From Actinomycetota bacterium (GTDB lineage: Bacteria; Actinomycetota; UBA4738; HRBIN12): 64,000 nucleotides of DNA. The position numbers and the translations under genes were made by a program. Where the stretch lies: contig JBBDWR010000011.1 of the NCBI GenBank assembly GCA_040902745.1, positions 50,320 to 114,319 of the forward strand, read 5' to 3'. The notes below the pieces were generated by a model. It searched no databases. It saw only the letters and a program-made list of their open reading frames with translations, and had not been told where the DNA came from. The number at the start of each line of letters is the position of its first letter. Within the stretch, counting starts at the first letter, position 1. Below, one piece after another: positions 46,489-56,448 of this stretch.

Positions 46489-46633
46489 GTCTTGGTTGTC
46501 CTTTCGCGCTTGCTCGAGAGGAAGTGGCCGTATGGTAGCAAGCCACCTGGCTCGTTCGTGCAGGTGGCGCAGCGGTTCCGTGTGACCCTCGCGCCTCGCC
46601 GGCCTCGGGCGCCGCCGGGCCGCGGCAGAGCGG

Positions 46634-46667
46634 AAAAAAGAAGGACCGCCCCGCAGGACGGTCCTTC
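46634..46667 (-). terminator. Rho-independent terminator
   Basis: A perfect 9-bp stem GAAGGACCG/CGGTCCTTC with a 10-nt loop. On the minus strand it is followed by TTTTTT, 60 nt downstream of the stop of the 46727..47518 gene. Confidence 0.65.
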
Positions 46668-46726
46668 GATCGGTCGCGACGCCCGGCGTCGGGGCCTTCT
46701 TACGTCGCTGCTGGGGCCGAGGGTGG

Positions 46727-47518
46727 TCAGCGGCGGTACGCGCGAGTGTCGTCGCCGCTCATCGGCGTCCGGTCTGTGCCATCCACGGCGCCTTCGTGCT
46801 CCACACGTGCGCGCTCGACGAGGTACCGGTCAGCCTTGCGGTGGTAGCGCTCGCCCCACAGAGCCCCGAGCATCCCTCCGATGAACGCCACGACGATCGC
46901 GACGATGCCGCTGATCACGGCGCCGGCGGTGACCTGGTCGGTCGTGAACCAGCGATCGAACCAGTTGGGAAGATCGGCCTGCACGAGCACGTTGTACTCG
47001 GCCGCGGCCCAAGCGCCCAGGGCCGTGAGGATCGCGCCCAGGGCGAGGAACCAGACGGCGACCATCGCGCCGTTCCGGAGTCCGTCATACCGCGCGATCC
47101 GACCGGCGACCCATCCGCCGATCGCGAACGCGAGGAACAAGACGGCGATCCCCGCGATCACGCTGCCGATCGTCAACTCGTTGCCGGCGGCATCTTCGAC
47201 GCCGGTTTCATAGGCGATGCCGCCGATCGCCGCTCCGACCAGGCCGCCGAGTACCAGCGTCGCGGCTAGCGCCGTGAGCATCCCGGCGAGTGAGCCTCCG
47301 AATGAGATCCCACCGAAGCGGCTGCGCGCCTCGAGACGCACCACGCGCTCATCTCGGGCGCTCGGGCGCTCGGTTACGGGTCGGTCGCTGCGGGTGGGTG
47401 CTGGGTTCGGCGGATAGCTCGACGCCGCCGGGTCTGTGCGGTAGCTCACCTCGCCGGTCGTGGGGTCGCGGTAGGTCTCGGTGGATACGCCATCGTTGCG
47501 CGGCTCCATAGCGATCAC
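46727..47518 (-). CDS. Membrane protein (hypothetical)
   Basis: Disordered N-terminal region followed by 4-5 predicted TM helices rich in G and A. Confidence 0.5.
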   Translation of the reverse strand: MIAMEPRNDGVSTETYRDPTTGEVSYRTDPAASSYPPNPAPTRSDRPVTERPSARDERVVRLEARSRFGGISFGGSLAGMLTALAATLVLGGLVGAAIGGIAYETGVEDAAGNELTIGSVIAGIAVLFLAFAIGGWVAGRIARYDGLRNGAMVAVWFLALGAILTALGAWAAAEYNVLVQADLPNWFDRWFTTDQVTAGAVISGIVAIVVAFIGGMLGALWGERYHRKADRYLVERARVEHEGAVDGTDRTPMSGDDTRAYRR

Positions 47519-47612
47519 TCCCTCCGGTCATGCGTCCCTCGAACGGGATCGCTCGTCTCATCGCGGGGTACCCGGTCGGTCGGCGCGGGAAACGCGCAGG
47601 CTGTGGCGCGGT

Positions 47613-48866
47613 TCAGGTGAGGAGTGAGAGCTCGTCGAGGATTCGGTCGACCTCGCTGGCACTCGTGTAGTGACACAGTCCGATCCGGACGCAACCGCCC
47701 GCCTCCGGCCACAGGCCGAGGCGCTGCATCAGCTCGATCGCGTAGTAGTGACCGTCCCACGTGAAGATGCCGCGCTCGCCCAGCGATCTTGTGGTTTCGA
47801 TCGGGAGCTGCTCGCCGACACGGATCGCGAAGGTCGGGACGCGCTCCTCAAGGCGTGCCGGGTCGCCGATCCCGTACAGGCGGACGTGATCCATCGCTGC
47901 GATCCCCGCAAGGAACCGCTGGGCCAGGATCCGCTCGTACGCGCCGATCGCTTCGAATGCCGCGAGGATGCGCGAGCGTCGATCGGGAGTTCCGCCGGCT
48001 CCGCCGTATGTGGCGCCGATCTGTGCGAGGTAGTCCACGGCAGCGACGAAGCCCGCCAGCCCCTCGTGGTTCGCGGTTCCCGTCTCCCAGCGATCGGGCG
48101 TGGCGTCGGATGCGGGACGGACCTTGTACGGGGTCCAGACCTCGAGCAGTTCGCGGCGGGCCCAGAGCACGCCGAGGTGAGGCCCGAAGAACTTGTACGG
48201 CGAGCACACAGCCAGGTCCGCGCCGATCGCACGGACGTCGTAGGCACGGTGAGGAGCGAACTGCACGCCGTCGACGCACACGAGCGCCTCGGTCGCGCGC
48301 GCCCTGCGAACGAGATCGGTGGCGGGCGTGATCGTGCCGACGGCGTTGGATGCGAGCGTGAAGGCGACCACCTTCGTGCGCTCGGTCAACGCCGCGTCGA
48401 ACGATCCCGGGTCGATCGTGAGGTCGTCATCCCGGACGTCGACCCAACGGATCGTCGCGCCGGCATCCTGTGCCGCCATCACCCACGGTCGGATGTTGCC
48501 GTCGTGGTCGAGCCTGGTCACGACCACCTCGTCTCCGGGTCCGAGCGTGCGCCCGATCGAGCGGGAGATCGCGAACAGCAGCGACGTCGAGTTCGGTCCG
48601 AAGACGATCTCACCGGGCTCGGCGTTGAGCAGATCCGCGGCCGCACGACGCGCCCCGGCGATCAGTTCGTCCGTTTCACGACTGGTCGCAAAGGTCCCGT
48701 GGGTGTTCGAGTTGGATCGCACGAGGTATCCCTGCATCGCTTGGAGCACCGTGTCGGGCACTTGCGACCCTCCCGGGGCGTCTGCGAACACACACGGGCG
48801 GCCGTCGAGTTCGCGCGCAAGTGCCGGGAACCTGGGGCGCAATGCGGAGAGATCGGCGACGTCCAC
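47613..48866 (-). CDS. Aminotransferase class V / cysteine desulfurase-like PLP enzyme (SufS/CsdA-like)
   Basis: The PLP-enzyme fold class V pattern starts near the LRPRFPAL N-terminus. I chose the GTG start (VDVADL). The longer track ORF extends to 49010. Confidence 0.7.
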   Translation of the reverse strand: MDVADLSALRPRFPALARELDGRPCVFADAPGGSQVPDTVLQAMQGYLVRSNSNTHGTFATSRETDELIAGARRAAADLLNAEPGEIVFGPNSTSLLFAISRSIGRTLGPGDEVVVTRLDHDGNIRPWVMAAQDAGATIRWVDVRDDDLTIDPGSFDAALTERTKVVAFTLASNAVGTITPATDLVRRARATEALVCVDGVQFAPHRAYDVRAIGADLAVCSPYKFFGPHLGVLWARRELLEVWTPYKVRPASDATPDRWETGTANHEGLAGFVAAVDYLAQIGATYGGAGGTPDRRSRILAAFEAIGAYERILAQRFLAGIAAMDHVRLYGIGDPARLEERVPTFAIRVGEQLPIETTRSLGERGIFTWDGHYYAIELMQRLGLWPEAGGCVRIGLCHYTSASEVDRILDELSLLT

Positions 48867-48940
48867 GGCTTCAGGGTGACCGAACCGAACCCAGCGTGGC
48901 AACTGCAGCGAGGCAGCTCCGGAGGTCCTAGGCTCTCGCC

Positions 48941-49750
48941 ATGAGCGCTCCGAAGGTGCAGAACCGCTCCGCCCGCCCGCCTGATGGCTCCGGCCGAGGT
49001 TTCGCGGCAACGACCCGGCACGTCATCGACGTGCTGCGAGGCCAGGACAGCTACTCGCTCGTCCTGCTGATGACCGTCGTCACGATCGCGTTCCTCGCCG
49101 GGACCAGCGACAGCGGATGGGAGTGGATCGTCGGCATCGCGCTGTTATGCGGGACGCTCCTCGTCGCACTGCACACCTCGGATGCCCGGCCCCGTACGTT
49201 CCGCTTCGCGGTGGGGATGACGGTGCTCGCGATCGCGCTGGCCGTGGTCGCATCCTCGACGGAGGGGCGTCCCGCGACGACGACCGTGGCGGCGATCGGA
49301 GCGGTGCTCGTTCTGCTGACGCCGATCGCGATGCTTCGGCGCGTGGCGCGCCATCCGGTCGTCAGCCTGCAGACCGTCCTTGCCGGGATCTCGATCTACC
49401 TGTTGGTGGGTCTGTTCTTCTCCTTCGTGTTCATGGTGGTCGCGAGGTCGAGTGTCGGGGGGTTCTTCGAGACGACCGGTTCGGGTGCGGTCGGGGACGG
49501 CACGACGGCGGACTACCTGTTCTTCAGCTTCGTCACGCTGACGACGCTCGGATACGGCAATCTCGTGCCCACGGGCGACCTCGGGAGGATGCTGGCGGTG
49601 CTGGAGGCGCTCCTGGGTCAGATCTACCTCGTGACGGTCGTGGCGCTACTCGTCGGAGGATTCGCGGGGGAGTTCCAGGCACGTCGGATCGCTCGGGTGG
49701 GATCGGGTGAGGATGCAGCCGACGTCGGGATGAAGTCCGTGCAGGAGTAG
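48941..49750 (+). CDS. Potassium channel family protein (2TM/P-loop)
   Basis: Selectivity filter TTLGYGN is flanked by TM helices. Confidence 0.75.
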   Translation: MSAPKVQNRSARPPDGSGRGFAATTRHVIDVLRGQDSYSLVLLMTVVTIAFLAGTSDSGWEWIVGIALLCGTLLVALHTSDARPRTFRFAVGMTVLAIALAVVASSTEGRPATTTVAAIGAVLVLLTPIAMLRRVARHPVVSLQTVLAGISIYLLVGLFFSFVFMVVARSSVGGFFETTGSGAVGDGTTADYLFFSFVTLTTLGYGNLVPTGDLGRMLAVLEALLGQIYLVTVVALLVGGFAGEFQARRIARVGSGEDAADVGMKSVQE

Positions 49751-49825
49751 CGTCACCCGACGCTTGCGTGACGCGCTGGCGCGGGGGATGCTCGCCAAGG
49801 GACGGCGTGCCCGGCTCGACCGGAG

Positions 49826-50341
49826 GTGGAGTTCGTGGGAAGTATGGAAACGAAGGTCCGGATCGATGCCGGGCGGCTGTGGGCGGCGGGCGTCGCAACG
49901 TCGATGATCGCCGCAGTCGCGGCGCTGGTCGTCTACCTGTTCGCCGAAGGCGTGTTCGACGTCGACCTCCGGGTGGAAGATCTCGGCGGCGGAGGCCGGA
50001 CGGATCTGACCTGGGTTCCGGTCGTAGGGGTGTCGTTTTTGGCAGGGATCCTCGCGACCGCGGTGCTGCACGCGTTCCTGTTATTCGTCCCCAGGCCAAC
50101 GGTGTTCTTTGGCTGGCTCGCCGTGCTCGCAACAGCCGCGGCATGTCTGGTTCCGCTCACGATGGACGTGAGCAACGAGGTGATGTATTGGCTGCTCGGC
50201 ATGTACGTCGTGGTCGGAGTGGTCGTGATCTCCCTGCTGCTGGCGATCACCCGTTGGGTCGTGGTCGAGGAACCTCGTCTGACCGAACCGGCTGCTCCGT
50301 CGCAGGCACCTCCACCCCCTCCGACGCAACCGATCGCGTAG
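49826..50341 (+). CDS. Membrane protein (hypothetical)
   Basis: Four predicted TM helices and a Pro-rich C-terminus. The start could be the GTG at 49826 or the ATG at 49844. Confidence 0.45.
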   Translation: MEFVGSMETKVRIDAGRLWAAGVATSMIAAVAALVVYLFAEGVFDVDLRVEDLGGGGRTDLTWVPVVGVSFLAGILATAVLHAFLLFVPRPTVFFGWLAVLATAAACLVPLTMDVSNEVMYWLLGMYVVVGVVVISLLLAITRWVVVEEPRLTEPAAPSQAPPPPPTQPIA

Positions 50342-50449
50342 TCGGCGAGGGTTCTCGCACCCGCCACCTTCGCGGGCTAGGCTCGGCAGGTAGGCATAGG
50401 CCCCGGATCCGAGGCGGTTTCTCGGTTCGGTGCGAGGGAAGGAGCAGTC

Positions 50450-51058
50450 ATGCAGACCACCGAGCAGGTACAACCAGCGACGCGCGCGGAGTTCCGGCAG
50501 GTGATGGCGGAGGCGGCCGATCGCTGGTGGTTGTTCTTAGTCACCGGGATCGCCTGGGTGATCTTCGCGTTCCTGGTGTTCCAGTTCGATATCGCATCCG
50601 TCTCGGCGATCGCGATCTTCACCGGGGTGGCGTTCATCGCGGCGGGGTTCAACGAGTTCTTGATGATCCCGATGGTCAGCGGGTGGAAGTGGCTCCACGC
50701 GGTCATGGGCGTGATCTTCATCGGCGCGGGGATCTTGGCGCTCGCCTGGCCGGACACCACCTTCTTCATCCTTGCGTCGATCATCGGATGGTTCTTCGCC
50801 TTCAAGGGCATCTTCGACATCATCCTTGCGATCGGCACTCGCAAGGACTTCGAGCTGTGGTGGCTCCGGCTGATCTCGGGTGTGATCGAGTTGCTGATCG
50901 GTCTGTGGGCCGTTTCGTACCCCGGTCGCTCGATGGTGCTGTTGATCCTGTGGGTCGGCATCTCTGCCTTGATGCGCGGCATCACGGAGATCATCTTCGC
51001 GTTCGAGCTCCACGGCGCAGGCAAGGAGTTGCGGTCCGACACGACCGGCGCCGTGTGA
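50450..51058 (+). CDS. HdeD/DUF308-family membrane protein
   Basis: Six-TM repeat pattern typical of HdeD-like proteins. The RBS GAAGGAG sits just upstream. Confidence 0.65.
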   Translation: MQTTEQVQPATRAEFRQVMAEAADRWWLFLVTGIAWVIFAFLVFQFDIASVSAIAIFTGVAFIAAGFNEFLMIPMVSGWKWLHAVMGVIFIGAGILALAWPDTTFFILASIIGWFFAFKGIFDIILAIGTRKDFELWWLRLISGVIELLIGLWAVSYPGRSMVLLILWVGISALMRGITEIIFAFELHGAGKELRSDTTGAV

Positions 51059-51059
51059 G

Positions 51060-51875
51060 GTGCGGTTCGGCCTTGACACCGCGCAACATCAGCTGAGCTG
51101 GAACGAACTCCTCGGCCGGGTCCGCCTGGCCGAGGAGTTCGGCTTCGACGGCGCCTGGGTATTCGATCACTTCAAGCCGCTCTATGCCGACCCGTCGGGG
51201 CCGTGCTTGGAAGCCTGGACGCTGCTTGCGGGGTTGGCCGCCGAAACCGAACGGATCCGCCTCGGTCCGTTGGTCACCGGCATGACGTACCGCCACCCCT
51301 CGGTGCTGGCCGCGGAGGCGCTCACCGTCGATCACATCTCCGGAGGACGGCTCGAGTTGGCGGTTGGGGCCGCATGGTTCGAGCAAGAACATCGCGAGCT
51401 CGGTATCGAGTTTCCATCGGTCTCCGAGAGGATCGACCGGCTGGACGAGGGCGTGCAGGTGCTGCGTTTGCTGCTGACGCAGGACGACGCCACCTTCGAC
51501 GGTGCCCACTTCCGCCTCGAGACAGCCACGCTCCATCCGCGGCCGGTGCAGTCCCCTCACCCGCCGATCTGGATCGGGGGGAGCGGCGAGCGGCGCATGT
51601 TGCCGCTGATCGGTCGCCTCGCAGATGTCTGGCACGGATTCGGCTCGGCCGAAGAGCTGGTCGGCAAGTCGCGGATCGTAGATCGAGCAGCCACCGACGC
51701 GGGGCGCCGCCCAGGCGACATCGTGCGGTCGACGTCGCTCTCGATCGAGGATCTCGACCAGGCTCGTGCACGGGTCGATGCGGTGTCGGAGGCGGGGTTC
51801 TCCTACCTGACGGTCGGTTGGCCGTCCCAGGGTCGGTCCCGTGTCGAGGAGTTCGTCGCGGCCTTCCTCCGATAG
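51060..51875 (+). CDS. LLM-class F420-dependent oxidoreductase
   Basis: Luciferase-like monooxygenase pattern (FGFDGAWVFDHF...PPIWIGGSG). Confidence 0.75.
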   Translation: MRFGLDTAQHQLSWNELLGRVRLAEEFGFDGAWVFDHFKPLYADPSGPCLEAWTLLAGLAAETERIRLGPLVTGMTYRHPSVLAAEALTVDHISGGRLELAVGAAWFEQEHRELGIEFPSVSERIDRLDEGVQVLRLLLTQDDATFDGAHFRLETATLHPRPVQSPHPPIWIGGSGERRMLPLIGRLADVWHGFGSAEELVGKSRIVDRAATDAGRRPGDIVRSTSLSIEDLDQARARVDAVSEAGFSYLTVGWPSQGRSRVEEFVAAFLR

Positions 51876-52065
51876 GGAGAACGCCCCGCGATGCGGAACT
51901 CGTGTATCGGTCCCTCGACGTAGTCGACCCCTTGTTCACCAGGTTCCGTCGCCCATCGCGACCCGAGCCGATCGACGATGCCTTCCAGGGCAATGTGCCG
52001 TGAAGGGTTCCTCCTCTTGGTGGCAATAGGGATAGAAGCCCCGCGTCAGGAGAGGAAGAGGGAGG

Positions 52066-52335
52066 GTGGTGGCGGTCCGCGAACGCACGCTGTTCTACGT
52101 GAAGCTCGACGACGGACGATGGCGACTGAGTGACGAGGAGGGAGGATTCTTCGGCCGATTCGGGTCGCTCGAGTCCGCCGTGACGGCTGCCCGATTCCTG
52201 GCCCGGCAAGCTGCCCCGAGCGCGATCCTGGGGCAGGACGCGAGCGGAGCATGGGAGGTCTACGAGTCGTTCGAACACGAGGCCCCCGCCGCGGATCGGC
52301 CTGATGACCGATCCAACGGAAGATCGACCGCGTGA
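52066..52335 (+). CDS. Hypothetical small protein
   Basis: 89 aa. Its stop overlaps the next gene's start. Confidence 0.4.
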   Translation: MVAVRERTLFYVKLDDGRWRLSDEEGGFFGRFGSLESAVTAARFLARQAAPSAILGQDASGAWEVYESFEHEAPAADRPDDRSNGRSTA

Positions 52336-52919
52336 AGGCGCTCGGACCTCCGGACGTGCGAGACGGACACCGGGAAGACACCTTGGTCCTCGGTTCGTCC
52401 GGCACCCCCACAGTGGTCCTCGTCGGTGAACGGGCCCTGCCGACGGCCGCGGAGTTCCTCCGGCTCGGTGCGGTCGTGGTGATCGCCCCCGACAAAGACA
52501 CTCTCCGCGCGTGGCAGCAGGAACACGAAGGATGTGGCAGCGGCGACGGCAACGCGACCTCTGCCACCCGTGATGAACGGCTTGACGTCGATCTGCGATC
52601 CCACAGGATCCGCTGGCGCGGCGCGTCATTGGAGCTGACGGAGTTGGAGTTCCGTGTCCTGGCGGCGCTCGCGATCGAGCCGGGACGTGCCTGGTCGTTC
52701 CGCGACCTTCGCGCGGCCGGATGGGACCCTGCCGCGCCGACCGCGGACGATCTGCACACCGTCCGATCCGTGGTGCAACGGCTGCGGCGCAAGCTGGAAG
52801 CCGCCGGTGCGCTCGTGTGCATCGAGGCGATCCGCGGCTTCGGCTACCGGATCGAGCTACGGCCCGCCCCACCTCGAAGTGTTCCCGACCTGCGGCATCC
52901 TGAACTGCTCACATCCTGA
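52332..52919 (+). CDS. OmpR/PhoB-type winged-helix DNA-binding protein with an atypical N-terminal domain
   Basis: C-terminal trans_reg_C pattern (LTELEFRVLAALA...VQRLRRKLE...IEAIRGFGYRI). The N-terminus lacks clear receiver motifs. Confidence 0.5.
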   Translation: MKALGPPDVRDGHREDTLVLGSSGTPTVVLVGERALPTAAEFLRLGAVVVIAPDKDTLRAWQQEHEGCGSGDGNATSATRDERLDVDLRSHRIRWRGASLELTELEFRVLAALAIEPGRAWSFRDLRAAGWDPAAPTADDLHTVRSVVQRLRRKLEAAGALVCIEAIRGFGYRIELRPAPPRSVPDLRHPELLTS

Positions 52920-53012
52920 TGAGCGCTCGCACTCGACCCCGCGCGAATGTGTTGCATACGTTCGCACCCGACGTGGCCGTCGCACCGACGACGCACGCCG
53001 GAGGAGCGACCG

Positions 53013-53603
53013 ATGAACCGACGACGCACGAGCACCGCGATCGGTGTGGGCCTGCTGACCATGTTCCTGGCGATCCCCGCTGTAGCCGAGCAAGAGGCGC
53101 CCGAGCACTGCGCGGTGTTCCTCGATCGGTCGGTCGACGACGCGGATACGAAGCCGGTGGAAACCGCGCCGATCGACATCGGCTGTTTCGACACCCTGAG
53201 CGAGGCACTCGTCGCCGGTTCCGCGGGAACCTTGCATCCCACTCCGTTCGTGAGCCTGCGAACGCTGACGGACCGATCCCTCGACGAGGGGGGCGGCTCG
53301 ACGATGGATGTCGAGGACCCCGAGAAGACCTTCCTGATCGGTATCGAATACGACTTGATCACCTTCGACGGCGGCACCCGGTCGTATTACTTCGATCGTG
53401 CCTGCAACGCCAACCCGATCGAGGTGAACGTCGGCGACACATGGGACGATCGATTCGAGTCCGGCAAGGGGTTCGCTGGTTGCGGCAGCAACAAGAAGTT
53501 CGCCGGCCAGAATCAGAACGGCGATGTGCATCTCTGCACGCCCAGCTGCGGCAGCTACAACGATCTGCGGAATCGCGTCTCGTCGTTGCGCTGGAAGGAA
53601 TAG
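53013..53603 (+). CDS. Secreted Cys-containing protein (hypothetical)
   Basis: The internal ATG is preceded by GGAGGAG. A signal peptide (LLTMFLAIPAVA) is followed by a 170-aa domain with six Cys. Confidence 0.55.
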   Translation: MNRRRTSTAIGVGLLTMFLAIPAVAEQEAPEHCAVFLDRSVDDADTKPVETAPIDIGCFDTLSEALVAGSAGTLHPTPFVSLRTLTDRSLDEGGGSTMDVEDPEKTFLIGIEYDLITFDGGTRSYYFDRACNANPIEVNVGDTWDDRFESGKGFAGCGSNKKFAGQNQNGDVHLCTPSCGSYNDLRNRVSSLRWKE

Positions 53604-53653
53604 CGCAAACGCCGGACTATCGGGCCGAGGCTCGGCCGAGGCAGGATAGCAAC

Positions 53654-54259
53654 GTGCCCGAACCCGCCGGTTCCACCGACGCGGACCTGATTGGGGCTTC
53701 GCTCGAGGAGCCTCGGCTGTTCGAGACCGTGTTCGAGCGTCACTACGACGCGATCCGCCGCTACCTGCATCGCAGGGTCGGAAGGGAGACGGGCGATGAT
53801 CTCGCGGCAGAGACCTTCGCCCAGGCGTTCACGACGCGGCGACGGTACGATGTCTCGAGGCACGACGCCAGGCCGTGGCTGTACGGGATCGCGAGTAACC
53901 TGCTGCGCCACGAACTGCGCTCGGAGCGAGCGCAGTTCGCCGCGTACGCTCGGCAGGCAGGCACCCTCGAGGCGATCGTCGAGCCCAGGTTCGAGGAGCA
54001 CGCCGATATCGCCCGGATCGTTCCCCACGTTGCCAACGCCTTGCGAGGACTGCAGCCGCGCGATCGCGACGTGCTCTTGCTCATCGGCTGGGCGGATCTC
54101 ACGTACGCGGAGGTTGCCGTGGCCCTCGGGATCCCGGAGGGCACGGTGGGATCTCGCTTCAACAGAGCGCGCAGGCAGGTGCGTGAAGCGTTGGAGCCGC
54201 TGGCGGCAATACAGGGGTGGAGGGTGAGCTGGATGGAGACCTCGGAAGGAGAGTCGTGA
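53654..54259 (+). CDS. ECF-type RNA polymerase sigma-70 family sigma factor
   Basis: Sigma region 2 (YDAIRRYLHRRVG...DLAAETF) and region 4 (DLTYAEVAVALGIPEGTVGSR). The GTG start lies inside the 446-aa track ORF. Confidence 0.8.
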   Translation: MPEPAGSTDADLIGASLEEPRLFETVFERHYDAIRRYLHRRVGRETGDDLAAETFAQAFTTRRRYDVSRHDARPWLYGIASNLLRHELRSERAQFAAYARQAGTLEAIVEPRFEEHADIARIVPHVANALRGLQPRDRDVLLLIGWADLTYAEVAVALGIPEGTVGSRFNRARRQVREALEPLAAIQGWRVSWMETSEGES

Positions 54260-55152
54260 ACGATCTCGATCTGGTGCGTCTCCTGGGGGCCGAAGTCCCG
54301 ATTACCGACGACCTCGCGCGGCTGCAGGCCCGGAGCCGATTGCGAACGCTCATCGATCGTGAGACGCGAGTTGGCACGGCCCGGAGCACCGAACGCCGCA
54401 GGCGAAGGCGTGCGTCGACCCTCTTCACCGCGGCGGCTGCGCTTATGCTCGTCGCCGTGTTTGCGGTCCTTCCTCGCGGCGCGGACTACGCAACAGCAGA
54501 CGAACTGTTCTCTGACCTCAGCAGCGTGGCCGAGAGGGGGAGCGCTGACCCGGAAAGCACGGGCGAGTTCTTCTACACGAAGTCGGAGCGAGCAACGGAA
54601 CAGGGGGAAGGGGCAGGCTCGATCCTGGTCGAAGGCGTCCGCGAGATCTGGATCGCCCGGGACGGCTCGGGCCGGATCCGAGACCAGTCGGGAGACGAGG
54701 TGTTCCAACCCGGCGAGCTCCCCTTCATCGACACGGACAACCTTCCGGCCGACGCGGACGCGCTCCTTCGCATGCTTCGCGGGGGCGAGGTGTTCGGCGG
54801 TGCTCCGCCTTCCGATGTCGACCTTCTGGCCGACATCGGCTCCCTCCTCGCCGAGACCCACCCCAGACCCGAGCTGCGGGCCTCCCTCCTCGACGCAGCG
54901 GGGCGCATCCCGGGGGTCGAACTCGTCGGCGATCGTACGGACGCCGCTGGCAGGGCTGGGATCGCGGTGGCATCGGCCGATCCGACGCGGCGCATCGAGC
55001 TCATCTTCGATCCCGAGTCCGCAGCTCTCCTCGAGCGCTCGGCGGTCCGTGCGGGCGACGGGGAAGGTCAGCCCGACCGACTCGAGTACCGCATCACCTA
55101 CGAGGAATCGGGCGTGGTCGAAACGGTCGACGAACGACCGGTGGTTCCGTAG
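54256..55152 (+). CDS. Putative membrane-anchored anti-sigma factor
   Basis: Its start overlaps the sigma-factor stop. A single TM (LFTAAAALMLVAVFAVL) is followed by an extracytoplasmic domain. Confidence 0.5.
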   Translation: MNDLDLVRLLGAEVPITDDLARLQARSRLRTLIDRETRVGTARSTERRRRRRASTLFTAAAALMLVAVFAVLPRGADYATADELFSDLSSVAERGSADPESTGEFFYTKSERATEQGEGAGSILVEGVREIWIARDGSGRIRDQSGDEVFQPGELPFIDTDNLPADADALLRMLRGGEVFGGAPPSDVDLLADIGSLLAETHPRPELRASLLDAAGRIPGVELVGDRTDAAGRAGIAVASADPTRRIELIFDPESAALLERSAVRAGDGEGQPDRLEYRITYEESGVVETVDERPVVP

Positions 55153-55191
55153 CGCGGACAGAGGACATGTCGAGGCGGGACGCTGCCTCCC

Positions 55192-55950
55192 TTATGCGTT
55201 GGGAAGCAGGCGTTCGTACTCGTCGCTCACGACGTCGTAGCACTCGCAGGATGCCTCGGCGAGTCGGTCGCGGCGCACGACGTGGATGCTTCCGCGCCGG
55301 GTCGTGATCGCTCCTCGGTTCTGCAGCTCGTGGATCGCCGCGGTGATCGACGCGCGCCTGACTCCCAGGATCTCCGAGAGGAACTGCTGGGTCAGCTCCA
55401 GTTCGTCATTGGCAACGCGGTCGGTGGTCTGCAGCATCCACCGCGCCAGCCGTTCGCGGACGGTGTGGGACGTCGCGCAGGCGACACCTTGGCCGAATTG
55501 AAGGAGTAGGGCTCGTGTGTAGGCGAACAGGAACTGCCGGAGCGTCGGATTTTCCGTCACCTCGACCCCGAAGTCGGCCGCGTCCATCCTGAGAGCTTCG
55601 CCCCGTAGCTGAACGACACCTCGTGAGTTGGGTACCTGATCGTCGCCCAGGAAGATCGCGACACCGACCATGCCTTCACGGCCAACGGTCGCGGTTTCTA
55701 CGCCCGTTCCGTCGTTCAACGTCGTCAACAACGAGACGATCGCGGTGATGGGGAACCATACAGCCTTGATGCGCTGTCCCGCTTCGTACAGCGGCTCCTC
55801 CGACTGGAGTCCTCGCACCTCCATCTTCGCCACGAGGGCGTCGCGCTCTGCGAGGGGAAGGGCGTCGAGCAGGCGGTTGCCCGTGTGGTCGATCCCGGGC
55901 AGGACGCGGACGGGCGCCTTCGCCTGCTCACCCGCTCCTGTCGACACCAT
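55192..55950 (-). CDS. Crp/Fnr-family transcriptional regulator
   Basis: cNMP-binding domain plus a C-terminal HTH (ELELTQQFLSEILGVRRASITAAIHELQ). The internal ATG (MVSTGAGEQ) gives 252 aa. Confidence 0.8.
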   Translation of the reverse strand: MVSTGAGEQAKAPVRVLPGIDHTGNRLLDALPLAERDALVAKMEVRGLQSEEPLYEAGQRIKAVWFPITAIVSLLTTLNDGTGVETATVGREGMVGVAIFLGDDQVPNSRGVVQLRGEALRMDAADFGVEVTENPTLRQFLFAYTRALLLQFGQGVACATSHTVRERLARWMLQTTDRVANDELELTQQFLSEILGVRRASITAAIHELQNRGAITTRRGSIHVVRRDRLAEASCECYDVVSDEYERLLPNA

Positions 55951-56094
55951 GTGCGGGGAGCCTACCCCTTCGTGAGAGGCGCGATCCGTCCGGTTGCGTA
56001 CCCACGGGTAAGCCAGTTGGTACGGTCGCGGACCGACGCAGCGGTCCCGGTGCACATAGGTTCCCCCCGAGCCCCTCGGGAGGTGGGTCGGGCC

Positions 56095-56448
56095 ATGGGA
56101 TTCGGGATCGTGTGCCAACAGGATGCGCGGCATGTTCGGCTGGTGGGGGAGCTCGACCTTGCCACCGCGTCTCACGTGCTCGAGCGACTCCAACCGCTGA
56201 CCGACGAGGGGGGCGACATCGTCGTCGATCTGTCGGAGTTGACCTTCATGGACGCGACGGGATTGCAGGCGCTGGCGACGGTCGCGCGATCGCTCCGGGG
56301 ACTCGGGCAACTGGTGTTAGATCGACCGTCCGCGCAGGTCCGGCGCCTCTTTACACTGTGCGCCCCGATGCTCCAGGACGAGCCTGCGCTCGTCGTGGAA
56401 GGCGACGACGAAAGTCATTCGCGTCGCGCGCCGTACGAAGTCGGGTAG
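56095..56448 (+). CDS. STAS-domain anti-sigma-factor antagonist (SpoIIAA-like)
   Basis: 117 aa with the DLSELTFMDATGL pattern. Confidence 0.65.
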   Translation: MGFGIVCQQDARHVRLVGELDLATASHVLERLQPLTDEGGDIVVDLSELTFMDATGLQALATVARSLRGLGQLVLDRPSAQVRRLFTLCAPMLQDEPALVVEGDDESHSRRAPYEVG

